A stretch of DNA of 64,000 nt from Macrostomum lignano. Lineage: Eukaryota. A model generated the notes under the pieces. That model searched no databases. It was not told the DNA's origin and worked only from the letters and a program-made list of their open reading frames with translations. The DNA is taken from assembly GCA_002269645.1 (NCBI GenBank), contig NIVC01003519.1, positions 1 to 64,000 of the forward strand. The letters are read 5' to 3'. Positions within the stretch are counted from its first letter, which is position 1; each line of letters begins with the position of its first letter. A program made the translations under genes and the position numbers. Below are positions 1 to 12,629 of the stretch, piece after piece.

Positions 1-139
1 GCGAAGGCGCGCTGGCCTATGTGACTGAGCTGGCTCCGGTTGTGTCTCGCTGTTTGACAGGCGGCTAAGGCTGGTTAGTTTTGGCTTCTGTATGCACACA
101 GGCCAGATAAAGAATTCAGCTCATAGCTGCGGGCCTGAT

Positions 140-600
140 ATGAAATAAAATGCGAGAGAATAGAAGATGAGAGAGGGGAGAGATGAAATGAGATAAGGGA
201 TAAGAGAGCAGATAAGAGACGAGAGGAGAGACGGGAGAGGAGAGGAGAGGAGAGAGAGCTGAGAAGTGAGGAGAGATGGAAAGAGAAAAGGAGAGAGGGG
301 TAAGAGGAGAAGAGAGAGGGAAAGAGAAGGGGAGAGAGGGGTGAAAGGAGAAGAGAGGGTAAAGAGAAAGGGAGAGAGGGGTGAGAGGAGAAGAGAGGGT
401 AAAGAGAAAGGAGAGAGGGGGTGAGAGGAGAAGAGAGAGGGAAAGAGAGGGGGAGAGAGAAGAGAGGAGAGGAGAGAAGGGTGAGAAGTGAGGAGAGATA
501 GAAAGAGAAAGGGAGAGAGGGTGAGAGAAGAGAGAAGGAAGAGAAGGGGGAGAGGAGAGAAGAGAGAGAATAGAGTAGAGAAAAGAGAAGAGAGCTGAGA
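140..600. repeat. GA-rich low-complexity tract in COQ6 intron
   Basis: Almost pure purine (GAGA/GGAGA) sequence; it explains the S/L/P-rich minus-strand ORFs. Confidence 0.95.
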
Positions 601-660
601 GAGACAAACCTTGAGCAGGCCGGATTGCTATTGTGAAGTTTCAAAGAACCCGAGGGCCGG
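585..660 (-). mobile_element. Dispersed repeat fragment (probable retroelement 3' end with TC-rich tail); second copy at about 2800-2870
   Basis: GAGAAGAGAGCTGAG..AGAGACAAA..TGAGC.GGCCGGATTGCTATTGTGAAGTTT.AA.G.A.CCC is present at about 587-650 and about 2803-2870, each adjoining a GA tract. Confidence 0.55.
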
Positions 661-979
661 AGTTCGTCAACCCCTGACTTAGACAGATACTTTGTAGACC
701 TTGTGAGTTTCTGCACGCATGTCCTAAATTCATTAGACTCTGTCTCTGGACACATGCGTTCCAGAGAGTTTCTCTTCTGTCTGTGATCTTTTATAAATCT
801 GAATAAACTTTCATAGTCTGTTAGCTACCCATTTAGTTCACTAAACTAAACATCATGACATCTGTCTTGATTTACACCCCTGCCCTTTGCGATTTAGTGG
901 ATCAAATAAGCCAAAGTTATTCAATCAAGGCTCTTTGCTTCCCCATTTCTTTACTTTGGGTCAAATCGGTCTAAATTTA

Positions 980-1245
980 ATGCTGTGCCAGCCTCCCAGA
1001 TCCTTAGTTGCTGGGCCAGCCTCCCAGATCCTCAGTTGCTGTGCCAGCCTCCCAGATCCTCAGTTGTTGGGCCAGCCTCCCAGATCTCAGTTGCTGTGCC
1101 AGCCTCCAGATCCTCAGTTGTTGGGCCAGCCTCCCAGATCCTCAGTTGCTGTGCCAGCCTCCCAGATCCTCAGTTGCTGGGCAGCAGCTCCAGCCTCCCA
1201 GATCCTCAGTTGCTGGGCCACCAGCCTCCAGATCCTCAGAAGCTC
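980..1245. repeat. About 28-bp minisatellite (CCTCCCAGATCCTCAGTTGCTGGGCCAG)n, COQ6 intron
   Basis: About 9 imperfect tandem units are visible; they generate the repetitive ORFs 887-1274. Confidence 0.93.
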
Positions 1246-1333
1246 ATGTAGACAATAACAAAATAATATCCTAACTACAATCCGGTGTAATAATATCGAA
1301 CTATAAAAGTACATTTAAACTCAATTTACCCAG

Positions 1334-3202
1334 GAGCCCAACTTTGCGAGGGCTGCCGCTTGGAATCCATAGACGGTGACAACAGTTTTGACAGGCAGCC
1401 GTTTCTGCACCTCCGTCTAACCAATAAAAGCTCACTGCGAACCCGACTGCTCATCGGCTGCGATGGTTTCAATTCGCCTGTTCGCAAATTAGCCGGAATA
1501 GAAGCTGTGGATGTGCCTTATCCTAGGCATAAGGCTATGGTTGCAACACTGGAGGTGCGTGTCTTTACTAGAATCGTGTAGTTATTACTGATCGACTCAT
1601 GGCTCAAGAGTATCGTAAATTTGGTAAAGGAGATGTGAACTTAGATTCAAAATGGAGCCCGAAACATTCGGTGCCGATTTCTCTACGCCAATCTCTTCAT
1701 TTGGAGTCAAATAGCTCCCGTTATTCCGAAAACCCGACCACTTTAGCATTTGGGGATCTTTCAATGTCCCCGAAGGTGCTGCGCCAGGGTTGCCCGCAGC
1801 CTTCCTACGATACAAAATTACAATATAATCGTTATATTTGTTATTCGACATTGCACCCAACTCGAACAGATCGATGGTCCCGACGGTCTCAACGGCGAAG
1901 CTTTTCAACGCTTCCTACCAGACGGCCCCATCGCCCTGCTGCCCCTGCCGGGCCGGTTCGCCTCTCTGGTCTGGTGCTCCAAATCTGACCGAATTTCTCA
2001 TCTAATCAAGACTAGCGATCGAGAGTTTCTAGCCGATTTAAATCGTTGCCTAGCGACCGGACCGGCACCAGCGGCGCCCTTAGTTACCGCTGTACAAGCT
2101 GATAGCAGGGCGAGTTTTCCATTGGGTTTCATGCACGCTAACAGGTACGCATCGGGTCGGATTGTTCTGGCTGGCGATGCGGCGCACCGACTGTCGCCTC
2201 TGGCTGGCCAGGGCATGAATCTGGGCATGGAGGATGCGGCTTGCTTGAGTCGATTGCTTCTAGAAGCAGCTAGCAATGGTGCAGACCCGGCCGATCCGGC
2301 CTATCTGTTGGACTATGAGACTCAAAGACAGCGTCAGGTGAGCTTATATTACCGATCTATTCCTAGGGATCTACGAGTGCGAGTGTCTGTAAAATTTCAC
2401 GTGTAAAACATTTGCATTGAAGTAGGAAAAATAATTATTACCGTCAACGATAATTTACAATAATGGTGGTAGCCTAGTGGTTAGCGTCGGACTCACGACT
2501 GAAAGGTCGGGGTTCGATTCCCCACCCACTCGGAACAATTTGAGTCCTTGTGCAAGACACTTAACTCTGCATTGCTTCAGTTCACCCAGCTGTAAAATGG
2601 GTGCCAGCATACCTGGGGTAATTGAGGCTGTGTGTGGCGAGGCGACCCCCCAGTCCTTGGACTGAACAGCCGTACGCAGCCTTCAGATGCGCCGCGCAAT
2701 AGCTGCGGCTGAGCTGTTGTTGCACATCTAGGGCAGATGTGATCAACTATCAACATTATCAATTATTAATTAATAATGTTAAAGAAAAGATGAGATTAGA
2801 GAGAAGAGAGCTGAGCAGAGACAAATCATGAGCGGGCCGGATTGCTATTGTGAAGTTTAAAAGGATCCCATGGCCAGATAGAGAGGCTTTGCGGTCGCAT
2901 GTTTACCGACCCCCCTGATCTATCTATCAGATAATACCAGCTTTAAAGCAAACAGTTTGAATGTTTTTAAGATTTGTACAAACATAATTATTCTCGACCT
3001 CGATCACACCCGTCTCCAGGTAGTTCCAGTTGCCATCGTCAACGAAACCCTCGGCTGGTTGTACTCGCTGCCGCCAGATTCTTGGCTCACCGCCCCGTTA
3101 AGGTGGGCTCGAACCACCGGCTTCCGACTCACCAATACGTTTAGCCCGGCGAAAGAATTCCTCAGACGCAGTGCTACTACTGGTCGGATTGATCTGCTCT
3201 AG
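1334..3202 (+). CDS. COQ6: Ubiquinone biosynthesis FAD monooxygenase COQ6-like, 3' exons (5' end upstream of window)
   Basis: Exons 1334-1554, 1870-2337 and 3020-3202 have AG/GT borders and consistent phases. Motifs: LLIGCDGFNSPVRKLAGI, FQRFLPDGPIALLPL, RIVLAGDAAHRLSPLAGQGMNLGMEDA (UbiH/COQ6 GD motif) and a COQ6-like C-terminus. Bases 1-73 (LAYVTE...AAKA, GT at 74) are probably the preceding exon, with an apparent 1-nt indel near 57. Confidence 0.88.
2465..2775 (+). mobile_element. tRNA-derived SINE family 1 with CORE/MIR-like central domain
   Basis: A box TAGCCTAGTGG and B box GGTTCGATTCC (2511-2521). Central CCTTGTGCAAGACACTTAAC...CAGTTCACCCAGCTGTAAAATGGG resembles the CORE-SINE consensus. 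AT-rich tail. Second copy at 22547-22860 on the minus strand. Confidence 0.8.
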
Positions 3203-3749
3203 TAGTATCTACTGCTGGAGTAATCCAGATTGATCTTATTAATATACTTAAAGCCCTGCTATCTAAGTTAGTTATTCGTTGGAACTATGCATGCACTATA
3301 TGCTATTATTAAACTACGAGTAATAAACCGTGCATTTTGTTCGTAATTAAATTTCAATCAGTAACATTGCTTGCTTTTCGTCCTTTATATAGTTTCTGTA
3401 ATAATAGTTTAAAAATGCAATGTGTTGTTACTCGCAGGGCCTCACAACTCCTGCAATTAAGGATTCCTGTAAAGTTTAACTTACGAGGGGTGTTACAAGG
3501 ATGTACGATATTTGTCTATGGCATAAGTAGTTATTTAGGTTTAGACACCAATAGTACAGGTGTATATTATAGTGGTTAAGTTAGCGTTATAGTTTTATTC
3601 GAGTGCGCGGATGAAGCTTTTGTAAAAAATCTACTGGTATCATATATTGTAGTCGAAAATTTAGCTAATAAAATATCATAAGTAACTGAATATCGGAATT
3701 AAGCCGGTTGTAGTGCAGAGGCACTCAACTTAGACTAACCATCGATGCT

Positions 3750-4000
3750 TAAGTGGTGTAGCGGTGGTCTAGACCGGTGCTCTGATGTGCCAGCGACCCA
3801 GGCTCGATTCCAATTCAAATCTCGGCTTGGCTCTGCTCGTGAAGTGTACATGCTTAACGATAATAAAGTTAGGGCCGCTGTACACTCCTGTGAGTGTGTG
3901 GCTGTGCGTATAACTGCGTACGTAGCCGCGCTTGTGTGCCTGCTCAGGGGAGTTGGGGGAATGGGCAGTAATTCCGGGTGCACAGTCTCCTGACTCTAAC
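3750..4000 (+). mobile_element. tRNA-headed SINE family 2 (internally deleted copy)
   Basis: GTGTAGCGGTGG...CCAGCGACCCAGGCTCGATTCCA head and body match the minus-strand copy at 22880-23244. Confidence 0.72.
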
Positions 4001-6636
4001 AAATTAAAATCCACGATCCTTGTTGGCTTAAAGTAAGACGACAATTTTTTGACGTTTTGGTGACTTTTCCGGCTTGAAAATACTTTAAAGGAAGGGCCTA
4101 GCGTGGAGTGCTTTTCTTAAGCCGGTTATTTTTTGTTTTAAGTAATCGAAAACCTTAACTTTTCAATTTGGTTGGAAAAATTTTCTAACAAAGTTAATTG
4201 ACCATTAACCCGCATAATATGATCTGGCGAAAAATACTTCTTACTGATTCGTATATATGTTGGCGCATCATTGGCAGCTTATTTATAGTGTTCTGGCATA
4301 GAAGCATGTTTGAAACATTGCCGCAGTCCTGCTTTAGAATGTAACTAGCTATGTTGGGGCATATCAACCTAGCAACAACTCTCAGCCTCTTCTTCCTCAA
4401 GTTGGGTAAATTACTTAATTATATCTCATGACGCCACAATTCAATTCATTTGTTCATATCCATTGTTCCAAATCGTATTTTAATGAAGCCTGGTTTTATC
4501 CTGGAATTATTGTAAATGGCCACTGGACTTTTTCAAGATATTACACTGGATGTTATTTGAAACATGTCACAACTGAATGTGGGGCAGATATTTTATCAGC
4601 TGCTTTAACGGCTACTGTATATTAACAGCTGCATGCGGGGCTATCTCTTTTTATTAAAGATAAATCACTAAACACGACAGCGAACGTTTATCAAAGTAGA
4701 TACGAGAACACGTAAATAAGTTAACTTTAACAAAGTTTGATTTTGAATATCTTTTCTGCACTTCGAACTCTCTCACACGTGAAGTCTGACATTAAGCATG
4801 TGGTGCCTGAAAAGACACCTGTAGGTCCATGTTTGCACTAAAACTAAACACTTATAGCTAGCAGTTATAATCTTGAAATAAAAAATTGGAGACCCAACCA
4901 AACCAGGTGACGAACATGGTTTGAAAGTGCTCTACTTGGACGGAGACCCGATTGCACTGTAGATAGCAGCAGTTGTATTTAACAGTCGCAAACTGCTATA
5001 ACCTTAAACAGTTGTTAAAATACAGCTATGAGAAACCAGAATTCAGCCGGACCAGTTGGTTAATGCATGCAAGAAGCAAATTGGTTTGGATTTATTACCA
5101 CTTTATAATTGTACGTCCGTCTGCACTTGATTTAGTATTTAAATTTGATTTAAATACTGGTCATAAAACAGTGAAAGTGCACAAATACTTGACTGGGGTA
5201 AAGCCGAAACGTCAACTCAGAATGCAGTGCAGTATTATCAATGAGTTGCCGGCACTGGAACTCCGTTGAAGTGTTTTGTGTCTCACAGCCTTACTATAGT
5301 AGACGTCTTACTGAAAGATTTTATCTTGGCCGTTACAGAAATCCGACATTGGCACCGGTATCCAAGAGCAGGTCGACTCAAGTAAAATTACAATAAAGTC
5401 GATGTGTGAACTAGTCGAAGAGAAAAATTTAGGATTAGCAAACCAGTTGAATTGGTTAAGATCTAATTAACAGCTACCAGATAAGTTGCGGGGGTTCAGG
5501 GATGCTCTTTTATCTGCTGCCACTTGATCCAGTGTTTATAATTTATGTTGACCAACAGAGCAAATACTAATGCAGCAACTAGGGCTGCCAAAGTTCCCTG
5601 TTCCAGGCCTTGCTAGTTAGTTAGAAGCAGTCCGTCAGTGCTAAATAAACAAAAGTTCATTCGGCATTATTATACTAGTCATGTAATTCTATTGATTAGT
5701 TTATTTATTAAACGGATTGACAATAAATTATGGCATTATTACAAAAAGGAGCATAAATATTTTTGACAGTTTGTAACTCAAATTTTCAAACAATTATTGA
5801 TGACATCAGCGATCGAAAAGGAAGGTGTGCGTAGCATGTTATCAAAAAATAGTGCGCATCAGTTACAATTTTACTTTCAGTGATACCAATAAATAAGTTT
5901 TCCTCTTGATGAAATTCTCGTCCGTAACATTGTAGCTCGTAACTCGACAGATTTAACATTACCGTTAAATCAAAGCACTGATATTGATCGAATTGAAAAA
6001 AAACGGAACTTGAAACATTTTCATCTGATACTTAAAATAAATTACACTGATATCTGATATTATAAGCTGGACTCTTGTTCTGTGTAATGATAAACCTTGA
6101 ACTATTTTTACAAAAAAAATAAATATTTATCAGTAATGCTTAGTAATAGTTATGCATTGGCAGGTATAATATCTAGATCCATCGAATAAGTTTTATGCCT
6201 AAAACATCAAAATACTGAGGGGTCCATGAGAGAATGCCCACCGAGGTTTTCCCGCTTTGCTTTTTTGCTGCAGTGCATTTTAGCCACGCGGCAGATTTTA
6301 TATGCATTGCCCCCCCCCAATGTTTATTTAGTCTTAATAAAGAAATTTACCAAGGACCACTATCAGTGGTATGCTGCTAGTGGTCAGCGGGGCAATGTCA
6401 GTGGTCAGTGGGCAAATCTTGCCAGGCAAATCTCGGCGGGCAAATCTCGGCGGGCAAATCTTGACGGGCAAATCTCGGCGAGCAATTCTCGTGCTCCCAA
6501 TACGGAGTCCGAAATCGTTAAAATCATATACTGTCTCTCTTGATAGTACGATGCAACTACTTACAACTACTCACAACTACTTACGGAGCTTCCAAAGTGT
6601 CTAATACTTCGCACAATAGTCTGGAGCGCTGAAAGT

Positions 6637-7985
6637 CTATTTATTAAGAGCGGACAGCTTTTTATAGCAAACCGAATTTAAAATGAAGTCCTGAAGTTCC
6701 TCCAGCAGTTTCATGAAACCAGCGCGGAAGATTGGACTGCCCATTGCAGACAAGATAGGCACGCTGTCGAATATTAACGTTAGAATTAAGTAGCTACCGA
6801 TGAAACTTGAAAATCTACCACTGCCTTTCGTTGGGCCATTCAGAATAGATACGAGGATGTAAAGCATAGTCAAGCAGATTAGCATTGGAATCAGCAGCTG
6901 ATAACAAACAATAAGTTGCTTCAGTTCATTCAAAAGCGAACAGTTCTGATTGCTAGAGGGCAGCGATTCGATTACCACTTCATCGCTGGCCGCAGAAGTC
7001 TCGATTCCAGCTTCATCATTTTCAGGCTCGTCGAAATGTCGCCTGTAGGCTACGGACTCGCCCACCGTCTGCTCAGCAGGCGCGCCTCGGCAGCAGGCGC
7101 AGCACTGCTTGCAGCCGAACACAATGAGCGGAATAAACGCCAGTAAAAACTGGACGAAATAAACATAAAAGCTGATGGTATAGTATCGTCGGATACCGCT
7201 ATTGAAATAATCAAATCGCATATAAGGATCGGACAACACATAGGCAGTGTCGTTGTTAACACAGTAAAGGAAGCCATGTAGCATCAAGTCCAAGCATGTT
7301 ATGCCCAGGGCAATCAATGCCGCTGAGCCGTACACAATGCAAGTCCGACGAACATGGGTGAAGAGCAGAACTCTCTGAGCAGGATGCGAATACTCAACTT
7401 GGACTATAGCGGTCAGGAAGTAGAAGCTTACGAAAGCAACCAGGCTGGCTTTGTGCATCCAGTTGCAGAAATTGATGAATAGGATGAAGAGCGCTGCGTG
7501 CGGAACCGATGTTACTCTCACGGAGCTTTGAACAGGCCACCACTGCGAAACTGCTTCCGCGATCGAAAAGACAAAGCCCAGTACACAGAAGAGTCTCAGC
7601 AGCAGCAGTTTAATGCGGATCTCTGGGTTGAGGCTTTTCGGCGACACCAGACAGCCAGTGCGGTAAAATTGGCCAGAGCAGACAGGCAGTTGATGATAAT
7701 CACTGCTTGATAGATGTTGATCCATTCGCTATTATAAATTAGCTCGTAGCCTTGAGTGGCTTCGCAGTTGTCGCTTCGCCTCGTGACGCACATCAGCGGC
7801 TTCAAGGTGTCATTTTCACTGCCGATGAGCCAAGACCACTTGGACAGTCGCGCCTGACTTACCGAGCATCTCCAGTGCGACCGGGGCTGAAAATAGATTT
7901 TGTGATGCTCTTTGCTCCATAGAGATAAGTTTCTGGCGTACTGCTCGGCAGAATACTCTTCTGACAGGTAGCCCTCGTCCAGCAT
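6637..7985 (-). pseudogene. Intronless divergent 7TM GPCR-like gene A with a frameshift after TM1
   Basis: ORFs 7596-8057 and 6637-7725 join into one protein that aligns along its length with the 9845-11205 paralog. About 7 hydrophobic segments; TM1 ALANFTAL; TM7/helix-8-like DSVPILSAMGSPIFR. A frameshift near 7630 corresponds to about 10 nt missing relative to the paralog. Confidence 0.62.
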
Positions 7986-9844
7986 GTCAGTCACTTTGTC
8001 AATGTTGCGCACATAGTTACTTGTCAATGGACGCCTGAACATTGCTTGGCCACACAACTGGATTTTTTTCAGCGCTTCCTCAAACAGAATTCGCGCTACT
8101 ATTTTTCTTTAACTTTTTTTCAATGCGCTTTGTCGTTGGGACACATAAGCGAGTTAATTTCAGGCGAATATTTTTATGTCTTTGCAGCTTGGCCAGAGGA
8201 TTAATGGTCAGTTGCAAGGGGACGAAAGTTTACTGTCTATGCTGACCATTGTCCCTGTTCACTTTCAGCCAATTATAATACCTTATCAATTGCTGGTTCT
8301 GTTCGGGCATAGATTGACATTTTGATTACTATGAACCATAAGAAACGCTTGTATACTATTTACAGTAGTATCTATAGACACAGTTGGTTATTATTAAACT
8401 AAATCTGTCGTTTGGTATTTAATTCAATGACATTTACCTTGCATTAGGGAACAAGTAGAATTTACTTTAAGTTTTTTTATTATACAGTGCGAGACTTTTG
8501 TCTATAGTGTGTGTTGGATTATGCTTGATTCACGATATCGACATTGCTTTTTTGCTCTCGTACTAACAATACTTATTTCTATCATATTAGTAAGGCCCTA
8601 CAACCCTGAGTAACTGAGTTGAGCATGGAAGTTTGGCCGAAGGTCGTCAATGCGCTAGCCAATGAAAATCGGCTAGTCAGCTGCTAGAACTTCATCGAGT
8701 GTCGTTTGTCCTTTAACTACAACGAGTCTGGTACCCATGAACTCAAGATTCCTTGGCCATGGGCAGTGCTAGTATCTGATTGGTGGGGTGAGAGGCAACT
8801 TAATGGGAGTACTCCTCATCTGACCCATTTTCCCCGTTTTATTGGGTATTGCACTTTGCTCGCTTTTCATGTAGTCAGCTTTTTGACGCAGAAATTCGAT
8901 AATATAATAATACATCCACAGACCATACTCGTAGTCTTGCCTTACAAGAACCCACTGCAAAAAAGTCCTCTGTGTCCCTGCATGGTCAGTGCGATCCCAT
9001 CCTAGCAGCGAACCTTAAATCATCTATGACTTCGAGATCGACAGCTAAAAGACTGATTGGCAGGTGAGTTCAGATCGAGCCCTTGTAGTTAGAAACCCGA
9101 TTTTGAGGGAGCTGGTTTGGTAAGCCAGATCGACCGGTTTTGTGGCGGCGGATTAGCTGGGGGCGCTAACAAGAGACAGCTATTTATTATATTAGATATT
9201 ACTGGACAGACGCGCCTTCGATCAGCTTCAGTATCGTTCAGTTGGACGTTTGCTTTCTCAGTGTTTTGGCCAATGGGAAATTTATTTGCCAGAAAAAGAC
9301 TACCTGTATTGAACGAGCGCAACATTCCTACATGTATCTCCAACGACGCATCCAGTCGTACCCGACGCCGTCGAAGAACGTCACTGACACTAAGTATTTT
9401 TATATTACGCCGACGTATAAACGACGTCAAATTTTGGCTGGACCGTGTAAAATTACGAGCTACCTGTAATAATGTAAAATTACCCATTTAAAAAGTCACC
9501 TCCTTTGACATCAGGTAACGTTGGATAATTCGACAAGCGGATGACGCCAACGATTGGGCAATCCGACATCGGTTCGCTGACAATAATTTGATTGGTTGGT
9601 TTAATCGAAGCCCTGGTTTTATTCTCTATCTACTTTCTGTTCTGTGAAGCCAAAATTTTGTATAATTTAGCTGTAAAATTTTCCTAATTATAGCGCCGCT
9701 TTTAAAACTTTGGCCAGGCCAAACAAATGACGTCGTTCTAACCGCATTCAGACCAACCAAGTATATAAGCCTTTTAAAATAGCTGTCTCTTCATTTCGTA
9801 CCGAAGCATATTAATTCGATTCAGTAATTCAACGGCACTCAAAA

Positions 9845-11205
9845 ATGGGCGAGCGCGACCTAGCGGAAGAAGAAATTGACAAAGAATGGCAGGCAAGCGA
9901 GATTTCCTTGGAGACTCAGAGTCGAAATGGAAGTTCAAAATTGCATCCGCTCTGTTCCGCAAGCCAGACCAAACTATCCGGCTATGCTTGGCTGATTGGG
10001 CGGCCTCACGGTGCCATCAAACCGCTTATGTGCATTGCGCCTGTGCAATCAAATTGTACTCTTAGCAGTATTGCTAGCAATGATGATACTATCATGGGCG
10101 TATTTGATTGGATTTTGATTGTCTTCTAGTGCTTGTTCGTCCTGGCCAATTTGATCTCTATGGCTGTATGGTTCCGACGAAAAGCGCCGATCCAATGGAA
10201 CCGGGAGGTCAGAATTCAGCTGCTCCTATTGAGGCTCTTCAGCGTTCTTGGCTTCGTTTTTTCGCTGTCGGTTGTTGGAGTGATCTGGTCGATTGGTCAT
10301 CCGTCGTTTCGCGTCATCTCTGTACTGCACGCGGCTTTGCTAGTCTACTTAGAGAACTTTATATTTGGCTTGGTGCCTACTTGCTCGCTCTTTTTACCAG
10401 TGCTGAGTTTTATAACGGCCATATTTCTGATTGAGCACTCCCAGCCGTCGCGAACTGTGTTGCTCTTTAGCAGTTTTACTGTTGCTAAAGTTCTTATTCT
10501 GGTGGCCCTGCTAGTCTGCATAGTTATAGAAAGCCCCGTTTTTCTATTGCACGGTTTCGTCTATTGTGAAAGTTCTGCAGGTGCCACTCTATTACTAAAT
10601 GAAATGTTTCTGAGGGTGCCATGGAAATTTTTGAGAGTAATTCGGATTACTTCCGAATTTATGTCACTTCTGGCGTCAATTCTGGTCATTATCTTGCTAT
10701 TTGTGTTCGCCTGTCTGCGTTATTGCAATAGTTGTCAAAGCCAGCCATTCGAGCAATCGGCCTCCGTATCGGCCGTCGCCTACAGTCGTCACGTGGACGA
10801 TTTGGACGAAGTCGGGGACGACGAACAGACTGAAAATGTGGTAATCGACTCTCTACCGTCGGTGCCAAATGCCGTCCGGGTGGCTGACGAACTGCGGCTA
10901 ATCCTACTCTGGCACCAGATTTTATTCGGCGCAGGCTTCGTACTTGTAGTGTTTACTCTTGTCGTAGTGCATGTAGTCGCCATTCTGCACGGCATGGTAT
11001 TTTCAAAACTGGTTAGTGGCCTATTTCACCTGATAGGACAGTGTCTGTTCTTTAGCAGCCTTGTTATACATCGCCGCTGATGAGCGCAACAATCCGAGAT
11101 GACATCGTGTCAGTTCTAGTTGCGATCAAACGGCTGCTCCAGTCATTTATCTGCTGTCGCTGGGTGCCAGCAAGGCGTGGGGACGGCTTAAGTTTGCTGA
11201 AATAG
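9845..11205 (+). pseudogene. Intronless divergent 7TM GPCR-like gene B with an in-frame TAG and a late frameshift
   Basis: ORFs 9845-10129 and 10133-11080 are in the same frame, separated only by TAG 10127-10129 within TM1. After about 11062 the alternative frame (TSPLMSA...LLQSFICC, stop 11203-11205) matches the paralog tail (PILSA...LQDFIL). Confidence 0.62.
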
Positions 11206-12629
11206 CTAATTGGTACAATACTACCTAATGCTATCTATGTTCGAAACAGGTTATCACTTACCACTGAGGCAGAAAAGCGTGTAGAAAAGGTCTTCTACTT
11301 TTGTTTGGCAAGTTGAAACTCTAAATAATTACCAGTATACAGTTAAAGTACGCTCGTACGATTTAATTTGGCGTTGTGATTTTTGTGTTGATTTTACTAA
11401 TTCTAATTTGAAGGCTAAATTGTTTCTTGATTGTATTCAATCATTCATCAGTAATAACTTAATAAGTTTCAAAAGCCGTCAAGTCATTTAACCTCAATTT
11501 CAATAATTTTTTCAATTACTAAAATGCGTCTGATATAAAAAACAAGAGAAGAGATTTTCTTAAAGTTTTTGGTAAATTTTTTGCACTTTTGCGCTTTAAA
11601 TGGTTTTAAGAGAGTTCATTCGATGATTACAAGTATTTAATGAATTATGCTTAATAAACTTTATTCACTAACAATGTAGAATTATTTTTCCTAGTAGAAT
11701 GGGTAACTCAATATTTTTACGGAGCTAATCAATCAGTGTGTCTACATGTATCTTTAAACTTTAACTTTATCTGCGCATGGTAACAGTTGCCAACATGTAG
11801 CTAGCTATCCCATTCAGCTGTGAAAAATATGGATTTGTGGTGTGTAAAGGCAGTAAAAATTTATGAAGGTGTAAAGCGCTGAACCTTCGGAATTTTTCAC
11901 TTGCCGGCTTGTTTAATTTGACAATGTCAGCAGAAGTAGAAACGCTCTAATCTAAACAAAATTGCCGATGGAATTTTAGATAGCCACGAGGCAAGCGTAG
12001 GTTCAAACAATTGTAGCAAAGAGAATTAATCCATTGTCGACTTATTGATGTAAATTTCTGCCAGCGAAAATGTCCACTTAATGATGCGTGCGAACGCAAA
12101 TCATGTGACGCAGAGTGTAAAGATTGCCATTGTGATAGCTACATGTAAAGCGCTTTTCAAATCGCTTATGGAAGTTTCTGCGCAGATTTTGTTGGCCTTG
12201 CTAATAACGACCTAGCTATCTCTGCCAGCTTATTCTTAAAGTTATTTTTCGTTTTATACGAGTTATGTGCGTGTAGTACTATATTTAAATCTCTTACAGT
12301 CTTATGTAAACTATTGCATGCAGTTGGAACCATGTGACCGTATACCAGCTAAGATAAGGCTATTTTACAGGTGGATTAAAACCTCGACGCAAAAAAGTAA
12401 CTTTGTATGGCTTGTTTCTTTCACGAACGCTCCTAAGTGTTGATATAGCTGGAGCGATTTGTTCAGCGAAGCTCCACTGCTCCATGCAATTCGCACTCAA
12501 CTTTGATGCACGAACCTCATGCTTAGTTTTACTGCATGTTAACTGATATGTTATCCTAATCATTATTTCAATATATACACAAAGATTTTTTTTGGTCTAC
12601 ACATTACGCAACAACAGCGAGTATTCTAT

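Noticed and set aside
2465-2535. tRNA gene (A and B boxes)
   Set aside because: The tRNA-like head continues into a conserved body and tail that is repeated at 22547-22860, so it is a SINE head. The same applies to 3750-3810 and 23170-23244.
10127-10129. Programmed stop-codon readthrough or recoding in GPCR-like gene B
   Set aside because: The gene has a second lesion near 11062 and the paralog is broken in a different way; decay or base error is simpler, and no recoding signal is evident.
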